This document shows positions 18,801 to 27,165 of a stretch of DNA of 64,000 nt, in pieces. How positions within the stretch are numbered: the stretch's first letter is position 1; each line of letters starts with the position of its first letter. Below the pieces are notes generated by a model, which saw only the letters and a program-made list of their open reading frames with translations, was not told the DNA's origin and searched no databases. Position numbers and translations under genes: made by a program. The stretch covers positions 11,397 to 75,396 of the forward strand of contig CAYRBH010000003.1 in NCBI GenBank assembly GCA_964422585.1, written 5' to 3'. The stretch comes from an uncultured Gammaproteobacteria bacterium (GTDB taxonomy: Bacteria; Patescibacteriota; Patescibacteriia; UBA1558; 2-01-FULL-52-15).

Positions 18801-20036
18801 CTAGCAATTACTTCCGGCAACAAAACCAGTGGTCCAGCAGAGTTGTAGGCTATAACCGCCGGATGGTCTATCGATATTCAGCACATCGCCTATGAGATAG
18901 AGGTTTGGGACGATACGGGATCGCATTGTTTTGAACTGTATCTCTTCCAGGCTGACGCCTCCAGAGGAGATTACTGCTTTGTCGGCCCCAAGAAGGCCCT
19001 TCACATGCAGCGGAATACCTTTGACTAGGGTTATAAGTTTCGTCCGGTCTTCACTGCGGACGCTATGATTCGGTGTTTCGCCGTTGACTTCGGCGAGCAC
19101 CAGCGCAGCTGGGACTACTGATGCCGGCATCAGTCTACTAAGCGTATTTTTCAATTTTTTATTGCTGTCAGCCATGAGTACTTTTTGTAGCTGAGCTTTC
19201 AGCGCGCCATGATCCAGCTTTGGAAAGAGATCAAGCATGATACTAACATCGCCATACTGTAGTAATTCGCCGACATCTTTACTCATATTGAGCACTGTTG
19301 GCCCGCTGATACCAACATGCGTGAACAGTAGCTTGCCTGTATAGGCCTCCTGTTTCTGATTATGTTGAAAGGTCGTGAGTCTGATATCACTGGGTTTAAC
19401 CCCGCAAAGCTTTTTCTCCCATGCATCGGATAGCGCTATCGGCCCGAGCGCGACATCATTCTCAATGATGGTATGGCCCAACTTTTTCAGCCAGCGGAAG
19501 CCTTCTCCGGTTGAGCCGGTCTCAGGGCGCGACGTGCCGCCAGTTGCAAGTATACAGGCCTTGGCTCGCACTATATTTCCGCCCTTCAGTTTAATGCTCA
19601 TTATCTCTTTCTCGGCTGAGATGCTTGTTACTTCAGCTTCTGTTCGTATCTCAACACGATGTTCCTGTATGTAGCTTACTAACACATCCCAGACGGACCT
19701 GGCTGTATTTGAAACAGGGAATACTCTGCCTTCAGCTTCGACCTTGGTCGCCATCCCGCGTTGATGGAAAAATAAAAGCGCGTCTTCTACGCTGAACTGC
19801 GAAAAAGCAGAAAAAAGGAATTTGTCATTTCCCTTGTATTTTTGCAACATGTTCCGTATCTCGGGTCTATCGTTCGTGAGATTGCAGCGACCACCTCCGG
19901 TGATGAGCAGCTTTTTCCCAAGCGAGGCATTCTTTTCAAGCAGGAGGACTTTTTTTCCCCGTTCGGCGGCGCGGCCCGCGGCCATCATGCCAGCAGGACC
20001 TCCGCCGATTACGATGATGTCCCAACGTATTTCCAT
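18801..20036 (-). CDS. HI0933/BaiN/YhiN-family FAD-dependent oxidoreductase
   Basis: IGGGPAGM, GKKLLITGGGRCNLTN, TGSTGEG, LFTHVGISGP, GGYSLQ. Confidence 0.92.
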   Translation of the reverse strand: MEIRWDIIVIGGGPAGMMAAGRAAERGKKVLLLEKNASLGKKLLITGGGRCNLTNDRPEIRNMLQKYKGNDKFLFSAFSQFSVEDALLFFHQRGMATKVEAEGRVFPVSNTARSVWDVLVSYIQEHRVEIRTEAEVTSISAEKEIMSIKLKGGNIVRAKACILATGGTSRPETGSTGEGFRWLKKLGHTIIENDVALGPIALSDAWEKKLCGVKPSDIRLTTFQHNQKQEAYTGKLLFTHVGISGPTVLNMSKDVGELLQYGDVSIMLDLFPKLDHGALKAQLQKVLMADSNKKLKNTLSRLMPASVVPAALVLAEVNGETPNHSVRSEDRTKLITLVKGIPLHVKGLLGADKAVISSGGVSLEEIQFKTMRSRIVPNLYLIGDVLNIDRPSGGYSLQLCWTTGFVAGSNC

Positions 20037-20040
20037 AGGG

Positions 20041-20247
20041 CTATTCTACGATCTGCTGCACTCTACCAACTTGGCCATCGGTCAAGCGTACCTTGATACC
20101 GCGTGGATGGAATGAAGCGCTTGTCAGAATGTCCCGCACAATGCCTCTCGTGAGCTTGCCGGTTGGCTGATCCGCTTTCAGCACAATGTCTACCAGTAAG
20201 CCGGGAACGATATCTTTTCTATCTTGTCCTTCCATGGTGAGATTCAT
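20041..20247 (-). CDS. YwbE-family (DUF2196) protein
   Basis: IVLKADQPTGKLTRG...HPRGIKVRLTDGQVGRVQ. Alternative start 20235. Confidence 0.9.
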   Translation of the reverse strand: MNLTMEGQDRKDIVPGLLVDIVLKADQPTGKLTRGIVRDILTSASFHPRGIKVRLTDGQVGRVQQIVE

Positions 20248-20813
20248 TGCATCAGCTCATTCAGAAGCTCGCCGGCACCTATTTTTTTCTCCGCAGAATA
20301 GGGGATGAGCGGATGCGAGCCGACGATATCCCGGATGGTTTGCAGCTGGCTTTGCAGCTCTGATTTCTTGATCCTATCTACCTTATTCGCAACGACAATG
20401 ATATTTTTCTCATGCTCTTCGAGAGAGCGTAGCATATCCAGGTCATTGTCCTGTAGACCGATATAGGCGTCTATGATGAGGACAACCTTCTTCTGTGTAT
20501 AGGACGAATTAAATAAGTACCAGTTGATCAGCTTCTCAAGTTTCTCTCGCAACTGCCTCGAGACCTTGGTGAAGCCATATCCGGGCAGGTCCAGCAAGTA
20601 GAATGAGTTATTTATTAAGAATAGGTTGATCTCCTGTGTGCGCCCAGGTGTAGAGCTGGTGCGCGCGAGGCCCTTTTGATTCGTTAATGAATTGATGACA
20701 GAAGATTTGCCCACATTCGAGCGGCCAATGAAGGCGACCTGCGCCTTTCCGTCGTCGAGTATATCATCGGTGCCAATGATGCCCTTGATGAACTGTGCTG
20801 AAGTTATGTTCAT
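20244..20813 (-). CDS. engB: Ribosome biogenesis GTPase YihA/YsxC
   Basis: GRSNVGKSS, TSSTPGRT, DLPGYG, NKVD. Start at ATG 20813. Confidence 0.93.
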   Translation of the reverse strand: MNITSAQFIKGIIGTDDILDDGKAQVAFIGRSNVGKSSVINSLTNQKGLARTSSTPGRTQEINLFLINNSFYLLDLPGYGFTKVSRQLREKLEKLINWYLFNSSYTQKKVVLIIDAYIGLQDNDLDMLRSLEEHEKNIIVVANKVDRIKKSELQSQLQTIRDIVGSHPLIPYSAEKKIGAGELLNELMQ

Positions 20814-20881
20814 ACGTAAGCATACTAGCAAAGGATCATTTAAATTGCCACTCTGTTCAGAGTGTTGAGATGCGAATGCAG

Positions 20882-21571
20882 TTATTGTACGGTGATGGTC
20901 GCGCTATAGGTCCCTTGTTTCCCGGTGCATGCTAGTGCTTCGCCACAGCTGGTACGATGCGCAGTGATCATAGCTTTGCCGACTGTTTGCGCAGTGAAGG
21001 TAGTAGTCACTGTACCCGCGCCTGAGCCAGGCACATGTCCTTGCAGCATAGGTGCATAGATCGGATCGGCATCTTGTCGCACCACCTTAGTGTCTGAGCT
21101 GCCATCGATCTGCCAGTAGGTGCTATTGAGTATGAGCGTGAGGGTGTCTCCCATCTTCATCGTGGCTGTGCCACCATTCTGAGTTTCATCGATGGTCTGC
21201 GTAGGTGTTTTTAGGATATCGGGGCAGGCACCTTGTTTGTAGGAAGGGACGAGCGGGTTCTTGCACGCTTCGCATGCGTTGGAGAATGTTTTTTGGATAG
21301 GGTAGCAGGGAGCCTTGAAGCATTCGATAGTGACCGTGGCGCAGACAGGGGCATAATCAGTGGTACAAAATGCTGCAGTACGCTGGCTAGGATCGCAGGT
21401 GATCGAAGCGGTGCCAGTAGGCGTCGATGTTGGTTTCACTGGTGGCACATTCGTAGGCTGCACCGTCGGTATAGTTACTGACGGGGCATTCGTTGCCTGT
21501 AGGTTGGTTGTGAGCGTGCAGCCGCTCAGGGCAAGCGCTGCACAGCTAATGATAAAGAGTCTGTTATGCAT
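20882..21571 (-). CDS. Lipoprotein with a Kazal-like domain and a chagasin/I42-like domain (putative protease inhibitor)
   Basis: Lipobox LSGC; CTTDYAPVCA...TFSNACEAC...GAC; C-terminal MKMGDTLTLILNST...GSGAGTVTTTFTA. Confidence 0.65.
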   Translation of the reverse strand: MHNRLFIISCAALALSGCTLTTNLQATNAPSVTIPTVQPTNVPPVKPTSTPTGTASITCDPSQRTAAFCTTDYAPVCATVTIECFKAPCYPIQKTFSNACEACKNPLVPSYKQGACPDILKTPTQTIDETQNGGTATMKMGDTLTLILNSTYWQIDGSSDTKVVRQDADPIYAPMLQGHVPGSGAGTVTTTFTAQTVGKAMITAHRTSCGEALACTGKQGTYSATITVQ

Positions 21572-21647
21572 AAGAAGGTTACGAGATAGTACAGCTAGAC
21601 CTCAAGTGTATAGTATCCCTCCGCCGGTTTCAAGAGCAGCGCCAAGA

Positions 21648-22373
21648 TTAGAATCCGAGTATGCTCGTCGGCGCCGTGAATAATGCCGCCTGAGGGCCTT
21701 TCTGTAGATCTGGCTCCACATAATCATGGTTCGCCTGTATTAATTCATCGTACCTATACATAAAGTTGTGACCCCTATCAGTGCCTGGATCTTGGGTGAT
21801 GAATTTCTGGGCGCCATTGTCATAGCCCGAAATGACGATGACATGATAGTTCGGCGTGACCGCGTCATAGTAGGGGTTAGAGACCAGACGGGCATCAATC
21901 GGGAAGATGATGGGTCTTCCTTCAGCAAGTTCATTCTTCAGTTGATCGAGCGTCGGATTAGTCACGATGCGGGCATGCCAGTTGAGATGTGCCGCTGTGA
22001 TGATACGCAGAACAGTTTGCATCGATTCATTCCTGCTCACGCCGAAATGTTGCTGTTTGACGCTTAAGATATGTGTTATCTCCGCGATGGCCTTGGCTGG
22101 ATCGAGTGATGTATGACGATAATAGTCATTGACCATAACGATCGAGGTTTCCTCACAAGCATCCTCCCATGGTTCAGCCCAGTTCCCAGTGGGCGCTTGC
22201 GAGGTGAAGGGCACCGAGAGATCCTTCTGGTTCGGGGTTAGAACATGTTGCAGGAGCGGCAGATCACTCAAGAGAGGGACTGGAATATGTCGCATTGTGA
22301 ACACAACGATAATGCCCACGAGTATCACCGTGCCGCCGAGGACCAGGTGTTGTAGTGTATGACGAAGGGTCAT
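21648..22373 (-). CDS. C39-like cysteine peptidase with N-terminal membrane anchor
   Basis: VPFTSQAP...DACEETS (Q and catalytic C), YHVIVISGYD (H), FITQDPG (D). Confidence 0.85.
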   Translation of the reverse strand: MTLRHTLQHLVLGGTVILVGIIVVFTMRHIPVPLLSDLPLLQHVLTPNQKDLSVPFTSQAPTGNWAEPWEDACEETSIVMVNDYYRHTSLDPAKAIAEITHILSVKQQHFGVSRNESMQTVLRIITAAHLNWHARIVTNPTLDQLKNELAEGRPIIFPIDARLVSNPYYDAVTPNYHVIVISGYDNGAQKFITQDPGTDRGHNFMYRYDELIQANHDYVEPDLQKGPQAALFTAPTSILGF

Positions 22374-22376
22374 GGT

Positions 22377-22742
22377 CTACTGTTGTTCAAGCCACTCAAT
22401 GACCTCGTCCAGGACGCCGCTGATCAGATCAAGATCTTCTTGTGTGGGGAAGCGTTTCGATGTTTCTTGAAAAATAATCTCACATGCAGCGTCCATGTGA
22501 GCAGTAAGTTCTGATGAGGGTGAAAACAATCCTTCCGCCGCCCTTTCTTGGATAGAACGGAAATAATATCCAACAGGCATTCTCCAGCCGGAGGTCACTC
22601 TCCGCTTATCATCGCCTAGTTCATCAGAGTGTACGGTTGTATCTGGGATGCCGTCTTTCCAGCCGTCACGAAGCCATCTCAGCTTGGCTAAATAGTGATC
22701 AACAATTTCTTTTTTTGATTCACCCGCCTTCTCAGGTCCCAT
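22377..22742 (-). CDS. Hypothetical protein
   Basis: 121-aa ORF filling the gap between co-oriented genes; no motif recognised. Confidence 0.65.
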   Translation of the reverse strand: MGPEKAGESKKEIVDHYLAKLRWLRDGWKDGIPDTTVHSDELGDDKRRVTSGWRMPVGYYFRSIQERAAEGLFSPSSELTAHMDAACEIIFQETSKRFPTQEDLDLISGVLDEVIEWLEQQ

Positions 22743-22764
22743 CTCGTTTATAGTTGTAGATGCA

Positions 22765-23118
22765 TTACTTTTTCGGCCAGGCTTTTCCAGGGATGCCGCC
22801 GATGGCGATCATGGTTACACCCTTGTCTCCTGGTACGAATTTCCGTTTCTGATCAGCGTCAGCATGTATGAAAGTGCCGGGAGTTACTTCATAACTCTGG
22901 CCATTAGCTTCCAATGTGGCACTTCCTTCGACCACATAGTACACTTCTTCCTGCCCATCAGCGCTATGATCATGGTCAGGGTAGTCTTTCCAATGTGGCG
23001 GTAATTTCAGCAAATTCATGCCCCAGGCAGTCACTCCGAGGCCTTTGCCTGCATAGTTAAATTGCCCTCCGTTCGCATAGCTTTCGAAATCCTTGATGGT
23101 TTTGATGGTGATACTCAT
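22765..23118 (-). CDS. Cupin-domain protein
   Basis: HDHSADGQEEVYYVVEG cupin motif. Confidence 0.85.
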   Translation of the reverse strand: MSITIKTIKDFESYANGGQFNYAGKGLGVTAWGMNLLKLPPHWKDYPDHDHSADGQEEVYYVVEGSATLEANGQSYEVTPGTFIHADADQKRKFVPGDKGVTMIAIGGIPGKAWPKK

Positions 23119-23176
23119 AGAGATTTGTTAGTTGCTTAGAATAGTAGTATAACGGAAAATACAGAGATAGACAAAA

Positions 23177-23206
23177 GAACAGGCCGCCCTGAAAGGCGGC
23201 CTGTTC
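23177..23206 (-). terminator. Intrinsic terminator
   Basis: GAACAGGCCGCC-ctgaaa-GGCGGCCTGTTC, followed by TTTT on the minus strand. Confidence 0.8.
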
Positions 23207-23219
23207 AAATACTAGGCTA

Positions 23220-23801
23220 CTATTTTTTCTCCGCGGCCATCATGCGTCTGCGCATGGTATCGCCATACACATCGAGGATGAATGTCGCCACAAGTATGAT
23301 GAGCAGTCCCAGGCCGAGCATAGCGGTCAGGTTGTCGATACGTGATTCCACTTCTCGCATATTCCGCCCAGCTAGGACATAGTAGTCAGGGTTGCCTGGC
23401 ACATAGCGCACGACCAAGGCGATGCGTGTCGACGGATCCAGTTGCCAGGTCACTCGATTCTCTCCTGATTGTTTCGCATGCTGGAAGACACCGAACGGAG
23501 GCTTCGGTGGAGCACTGTTGATGAATGCGGTCGTCTGGATGGGAGTCCCGTTCGCGTCATAGACACCCATGAATGTAGCGAGACTTTTGTGCAGGTCAAA
23601 GAGGTAATCTTGAGGTACGACCTCGGAGGCCTGTTTGCCAGCTAGCAGCCCATTAGCCATATCTTGAGTCAGTTGTATTTGAGGATCATTCAATGATTGC
23701 CGGTAATTCTGTTGTACCGCGACATAGATAAGCCCGCAGATGCCAATACAGGCGGCCGCTAAGGGAAGCCAATGCAAGAAGATGCCGGTGAAGCGTTTCA
23801 T
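23220..23801 (-). CDS. 2-TM membrane protein with an extracytoplasmic sensor-like domain and no output domain
   Basis: TM, ~130-aa loop (QQNYRQSLNDPQIQ...RVTWQ...AGRNMREVE), TM. Confidence 0.75.
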   Translation of the reverse strand: MKRFTGIFLHWLPLAAACIGICGLIYVAVQQNYRQSLNDPQIQLTQDMANGLLAGKQASEVVPQDYLFDLHKSLATFMGVYDANGTPIQTTAFINSAPPKPPFGVFQHAKQSGENRVTWQLDPSTRIALVVRYVPGNPDYYVLAGRNMREVESRIDNLTAMLGLGLLIILVATFILDVYGDTMRRRMMAAEKK

Positions 23802-23846
23802 AGTATTCTGAAGTATAGCAAAGTGTCGAGAGGCTGGATAGTTTCT

Positions 23847-24401
23847 CTATTCCTTACACGGCCCCCAAGCATGTAGATTGTGTTTGGTGCAGGTACAGTT
23901 TTCATGGCTTCGCCAGAACGAGGGACAGCCAGCACGCGGCGCTCGACCTTCTCCTAAGAAGTTTTCTTCGCTCGGCAACCTAAAATCTGCAGAGATTTTT
24001 TCTGGCAATACGCTGTAGAGTTTCCGATCATCATCAATCGTCCGTTCTCTCTCATGGATATCTCGATGTGCGCGGATCGCCGACTCAATAGTTTTCAGCT
24101 CTTTGATGAGCGCTGCCTCGTTCATCTCGCGCAGATCATCATCCCACTGCGCTGGGTCATAGGGCGCTTCGGTTTGCTGTGGTTCAGGAGTATCAGATTT
24201 CCGATAGGTCCAATATGAACGACAACAGCGCATTGCTTCTGCAAATGGCGGCGGAGTACGCGGCTCCCCCGGGCTATCTTTAAGCAGAGCCCAGACTGAA
24301 TAATCGTCTACCCAGCAGCGATCATCGCCTTTTTGATCGCGATGGTTACGGATCGCAGAGCGAAGCTTTCGAATGGACTCGCGATGTTGCTGAGCGGTCA
24401 T
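23847..24401 (-). CDS. Hypothetical protein with an internal duplication (AIRxHRD...DD repeat)
   Basis: Two copies of SAIRxHRD-x(7-8)-DD...CxSxW. Confidence 0.75.
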   Translation of the reverse strand: MTAQQHRESIRKLRSAIRNHRDQKGDDRCWVDDYSVWALLKDSPGEPRTPPPFAEAMRCCRSYWTYRKSDTPEPQQTEAPYDPAQWDDDLREMNEAALIKELKTIESAIRAHRDIHERERTIDDDRKLYSVLPEKISADFRLPSEENFLGEGRAPRAGCPSFWRSHENCTCTKHNLHAWGPCKE

Positions 24402-24411
24402 ATGGTGGTAT

Positions 24412-24786
24412 TTATAGGAGCTGTGTCACAAGCCAGGCGAGAGGCATAGTGAGCGCTGCCAAAGTCCAAGCATACCACGCAGGTCCGAGATGTGCATTGG
24501 CAGTACCAATTGCCGCCGCCACGCTGCCGACGGTTCCGATGATGCCGAGTATCAAGACATGCTGTTTGGGATGATGCGGCGCAAGCTTCGCAACCACATA
24601 AAAACCAAGTCCATTATAGATACTCCGATAAATAATCACGATCCAGATAAGCCAGGCTGCGACATAGAGGTTTCCTTTTGGCAACATACCGACGCTTTCC
24701 AACGCGAAATCAGTGCTATGTGACAGTATCGCTCCGACGAGGATTCCGGCGACACAAGCCCAGATGCTTTTGAGTGCGGTTTTCAT
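24412..24786 (-). CDS. 4-TM hypothetical membrane protein
   Basis: Hydrophobic; AKLAPHHP...GPAWYAW. Confidence 0.75.
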   Translation of the reverse strand: MKTALKSIWACVAGILVGAILSHSTDFALESVGMLPKGNLYVAAWLIWIVIIYRSIYNGLGFYVVAKLAPHHPKQHVLILGIIGTVGSVAAAIGTANAHLGPAWYAWTLAALTMPLAWLVTQLL

Positions 24787-25598
24787 AAAGCGTTTCGTTG
24801 ATGCTCTCTATACAAATATAATTTTAGTATATAGAGCAGAAGAAAGACAGGCGAAAGGATCGCTAAGAAAGGGAAGAGGCCATAGCTGGGGAGTTGCTGT
24901 GATAATATAATAAAAACGATAGGAACTATTGCACTAAGAACAACTGTTATATACCAGGTTTTTATTGTAGAAAAACCTTCAGACAAGAGTAACATTGCCA
25001 GCAAGAGGAAGGTGATGTCCCCGGTACCAATGCTGAGATCGCCACTTTGTAATAATGGACTAAAGGTTAGGTTAAAGGGTTGTGTAACGATGTCTAAGGT
25101 ATGGACAGTCGGCGTCAATAGAACAAAATGGACATCAAGTAAGCCGACTACGGCGAAGATCAGTATCCAGATCCATTTCTGAATAGTTATTCGCTTCAAG
25201 AATAATGAGACAGCGGCTATATACGCAAAAAGCACTAGAAGATTGTTGAATACTTCTGATTGCAAGAAGTATGTTATGAGAATTAACACTTCAGAAGTGA
25301 CGGTCGCATATATGAGCGCGCGAGGAGCTGTATATTTTTTGAGAAATGGTAAGAAGAAAAAAATAAAAACTAACCAAAAGAAAAGTACTATGTATACGCG
25401 ATCGCTGAAACCGCCAATCTCCGGAAGCAGTACGTTTACTAAGGTAAGTACACCAGGTAGGATAAAAGCTTTCTTCGTTTCTTGACCTCCAATTTTTTGC
25501 TCGATCCAGGCATAGGATGGCAGCAGAGTAAAATATATAGTGGCACTACGTAAACCACAAAAAGTGTATAGCGTTAGCAGAAGTATAGACTTAACCAT
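24783..25598 (-). CDS. Multi-TM protein, candidate presenilin/signal-peptide-peptidase-like (GxGD) intramembrane aspartyl protease
   Basis: About 9 TM; LLDVHFVLLTP, SIGTGDITF and FPFL in the order of the YD / GxGD / PAL motifs. Confidence 0.55.
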   Translation of the reverse strand: MVKSILLLTLYTFCGLRSATIYFTLLPSYAWIEQKIGGQETKKAFILPGVLTLVNVLLPEIGGFSDRVYIVLFFWLVFIFFFLPFLKKYTAPRALIYATVTSEVLILITYFLQSEVFNNLLVLFAYIAAVSLFLKRITIQKWIWILIFAVVGLLDVHFVLLTPTVHTLDIVTQPFNLTFSPLLQSGDLSIGTGDITFLLLAMLLLSEGFSTIKTWYITVVLSAIVPIVFIILSQQLPSYGLFPFLAILSPVFLLLYILKLYLYREHQRNAL

Positions 25599-26106
25599 AA
25601 AACTTTTTTACCAACAGAGGTAGATCGCCTTTGGTTAGCTCTCCTTGCGCTATACGTTCAAATAGCTCTTTTGGCGTCAACCAGAAATATTCAGTAAAAT
25701 CTTTTGTATTGTAGTCGGGAGCAATTTCAGACATAAGTTCATACACATTCATGAAAGCGGAAACGCCGTCGGTGTGAGGAGTAAGATGCCCAAGCATTTT
25801 TATTTTCTTCGTATCAGTATTAATGTTGAGTTCTTCTTGTGCCTCTCTCTTTAGTGTTTGATCATAGCTTTCGCCACTTTCAACATGACCGCCCATGCTC
25901 ATATCCAGGCCAAGGGGAAAGACTCTTTTATCTGCCGCACGCCGAGGAATCCATATCTGACCCTTTGAGTTTATTAAAAATAGGTTTACAACACGAAAAT
26001 TTGATAATCGCTGAGCGTATACCTCAGATCGTTTCTTTTTTCCAATGACGTGGTCATGCTCGTCTACCAAGTCGAGATATTCGTCATCGCTAAGTATTAT
26101 GGACAT
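25591..26106 (-). CDS. NUDIX hydrolase (IDI/YfcD-like)
   Basis: GGHVESGESYDQTLKREAQEELNI Nudix box. Confidence 0.9.
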   Translation of the reverse strand: MSIILSDDEYLDLVDEHDHVIGKKKRSEVYAQRLSNFRVVNLFLINSKGQIWIPRRAADKRVFPLGLDMSMGGHVESGESYDQTLKREAQEELNINTDTKKIKMLGHLTPHTDGVSAFMNVYELMSEIAPDYNTKDFTEYFWLTPKELFERIAQGELTKGDLPLLVKKFYG

Positions 26107-26116
26107 ATAGTTTTTC

Positions 26117-26207
26117 TGGCGGAGACGGGAGGATTCGAACCTCCGAGACCCTTTGGGGGTCTAACGCTTTTCGAGAGCGCCCCGTTCAACCACTCTGGCA
26201 CGTCTCC
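26117..26207 (-). tRNA. tRNA-Ser (anticodon CGA)
   Basis: GGAGACG/CGTCTCC acceptor stem with G discriminator and encoded CCA; anticodon arm GCGCT-CTCGAAA-AGCGT; long variable arm; GGTTCGAATCC T-loop. Confidence 0.96.
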
Positions 26208-26285
26208 ATGACCGAGCTTAGTATACTGATTTTAAGTATTTTTTCAATGAGCAGGTGCTTTGTGGTATACTATGGCTATCGATCT

Positions 26286-27074
26286 ATGACTATTACCTAT
26301 CCCAAGGGCGACAATGAGTATGCCGGAGGCTCAGCGGCGCCAAGTGGAGGCTCTCCTCACTTGACGGCAATAGCGATCGCGGTGAGTATTGTTTTCATCG
26401 TGGTGGCAACAGGCCTCTGGTTCGGTTTTTCGCAATCACAGAAAGCCATAGAATCTGTCCCGGCAGCAGTCATACCTCCGAAGTCGACTCCAGCAGTAGC
26501 GCAGGCCCGCGTGTATGAGGCGACTGATGGCCTGAAGCAATGTCAGAAGAACACGCCGGATCTCGCTACCGCTGACGCGCGGCAGAAGCGACAGAATTGT
26601 TACTATGCGGTTATGACTGTTTTCGCGACCTCGGCTATTTGTGATATCACGTCGCTTGACGCCACCAGTGCAGATCTCTGCAGGCAAGCCGTTGCTCGTT
26701 TCGTTAAGGACTACCCTAATGGTGTACCGTTAGATCAACCTTCGGCTTCCGCACCATCGAGTGCTCCGGGTGGAACTTCCCAGACCGCGAATGGTGCCGC
26801 GACTGGCCATGGCACGACTGGTGGAGTGAACAAGAATACGAATACCAACAGCGGAGGGGCTAACTCGAATACGAACACCTCCTCGGGTACGAGTAACACG
26901 AATAGCGTCAGCGCAACGAATACTAACTCTTCTGGTAATACCAATAGCGCAGGTACTGGTCCGACCTCGGGAAATCAGAACGGCAACACGAATACATCCA
27001 CGAATACTAAGCCTTTGTGTGTCAATGATCCTGGCACCGTGACCCTGCTTGAGCATACGAACGATTGCCAATAG
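26286..27074 (+). CDS. Single-TM protein with a Cys-rich domain and an Asn/Thr/Ser low-complexity tail
   Basis: One TM; CQK...NCYY...ICDI...DLC; NTNT repeats. Start set to ATG 26286 downstream of TG-TATACT. Confidence 0.7.
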   Translation: MTITYPKGDNEYAGGSAAPSGGSPHLTAIAIAVSIVFIVVATGLWFGFSQSQKAIESVPAAVIPPKSTPAVAQARVYEATDGLKQCQKNTPDLATADARQKRQNCYYAVMTVFATSAICDITSLDATSADLCRQAVARFVKDYPNGVPLDQPSASAPSSAPGGTSQTANGAATGHGTTGGVNKNTNTNSGGANSNTNTSSGTSNTNSVSATNTNSSGNTNSAGTGPTSGNQNGNTNTSTNTKPLCVNDPGTVTLLEHTNDCQ

Positions 27075-27098
27075 TTTTGCAGGAAAGGTGCTCTGAGA

Positions 27099-27124
27099 AA
27101 AAACCGGCTGATAGGCCGGTTTTT
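27099..27124 (+). terminator. Intrinsic terminator
   Basis: AAAAACCGGC-tgatag-GCCGGTTTTT. Confidence 0.8.
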
Positions 27125-27165
27125 ATGCGTTACTAGGCAAAATATGGTATACTATACCTCCTACT

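Noticed and set aside
13399-26106. MazG, RdgB, Tag and NUDIX as a single nucleotide-sanitising or defence system
   Set aside because: The genes are scattered, on different strands and individually common; only rdgB-tag are adjacent.
20882-26116. Possible integrative element at tRNA-Ser
   Set aside because: No integrase, transposase, phage gene or duplicated att sequence was found; reported only as a compositional patch.
26208-26285. ORF extension abutting the tRNA 5' end
   Set aside because: The interval holds divergent promoter-like boxes; ATG 26286 is the more plausible start.
26820-27010. Short repeated DNA units
   Set aside because: Coding low-complexity NTNT tract; no constant repeat with unique spacers, so not a CRISPR array.
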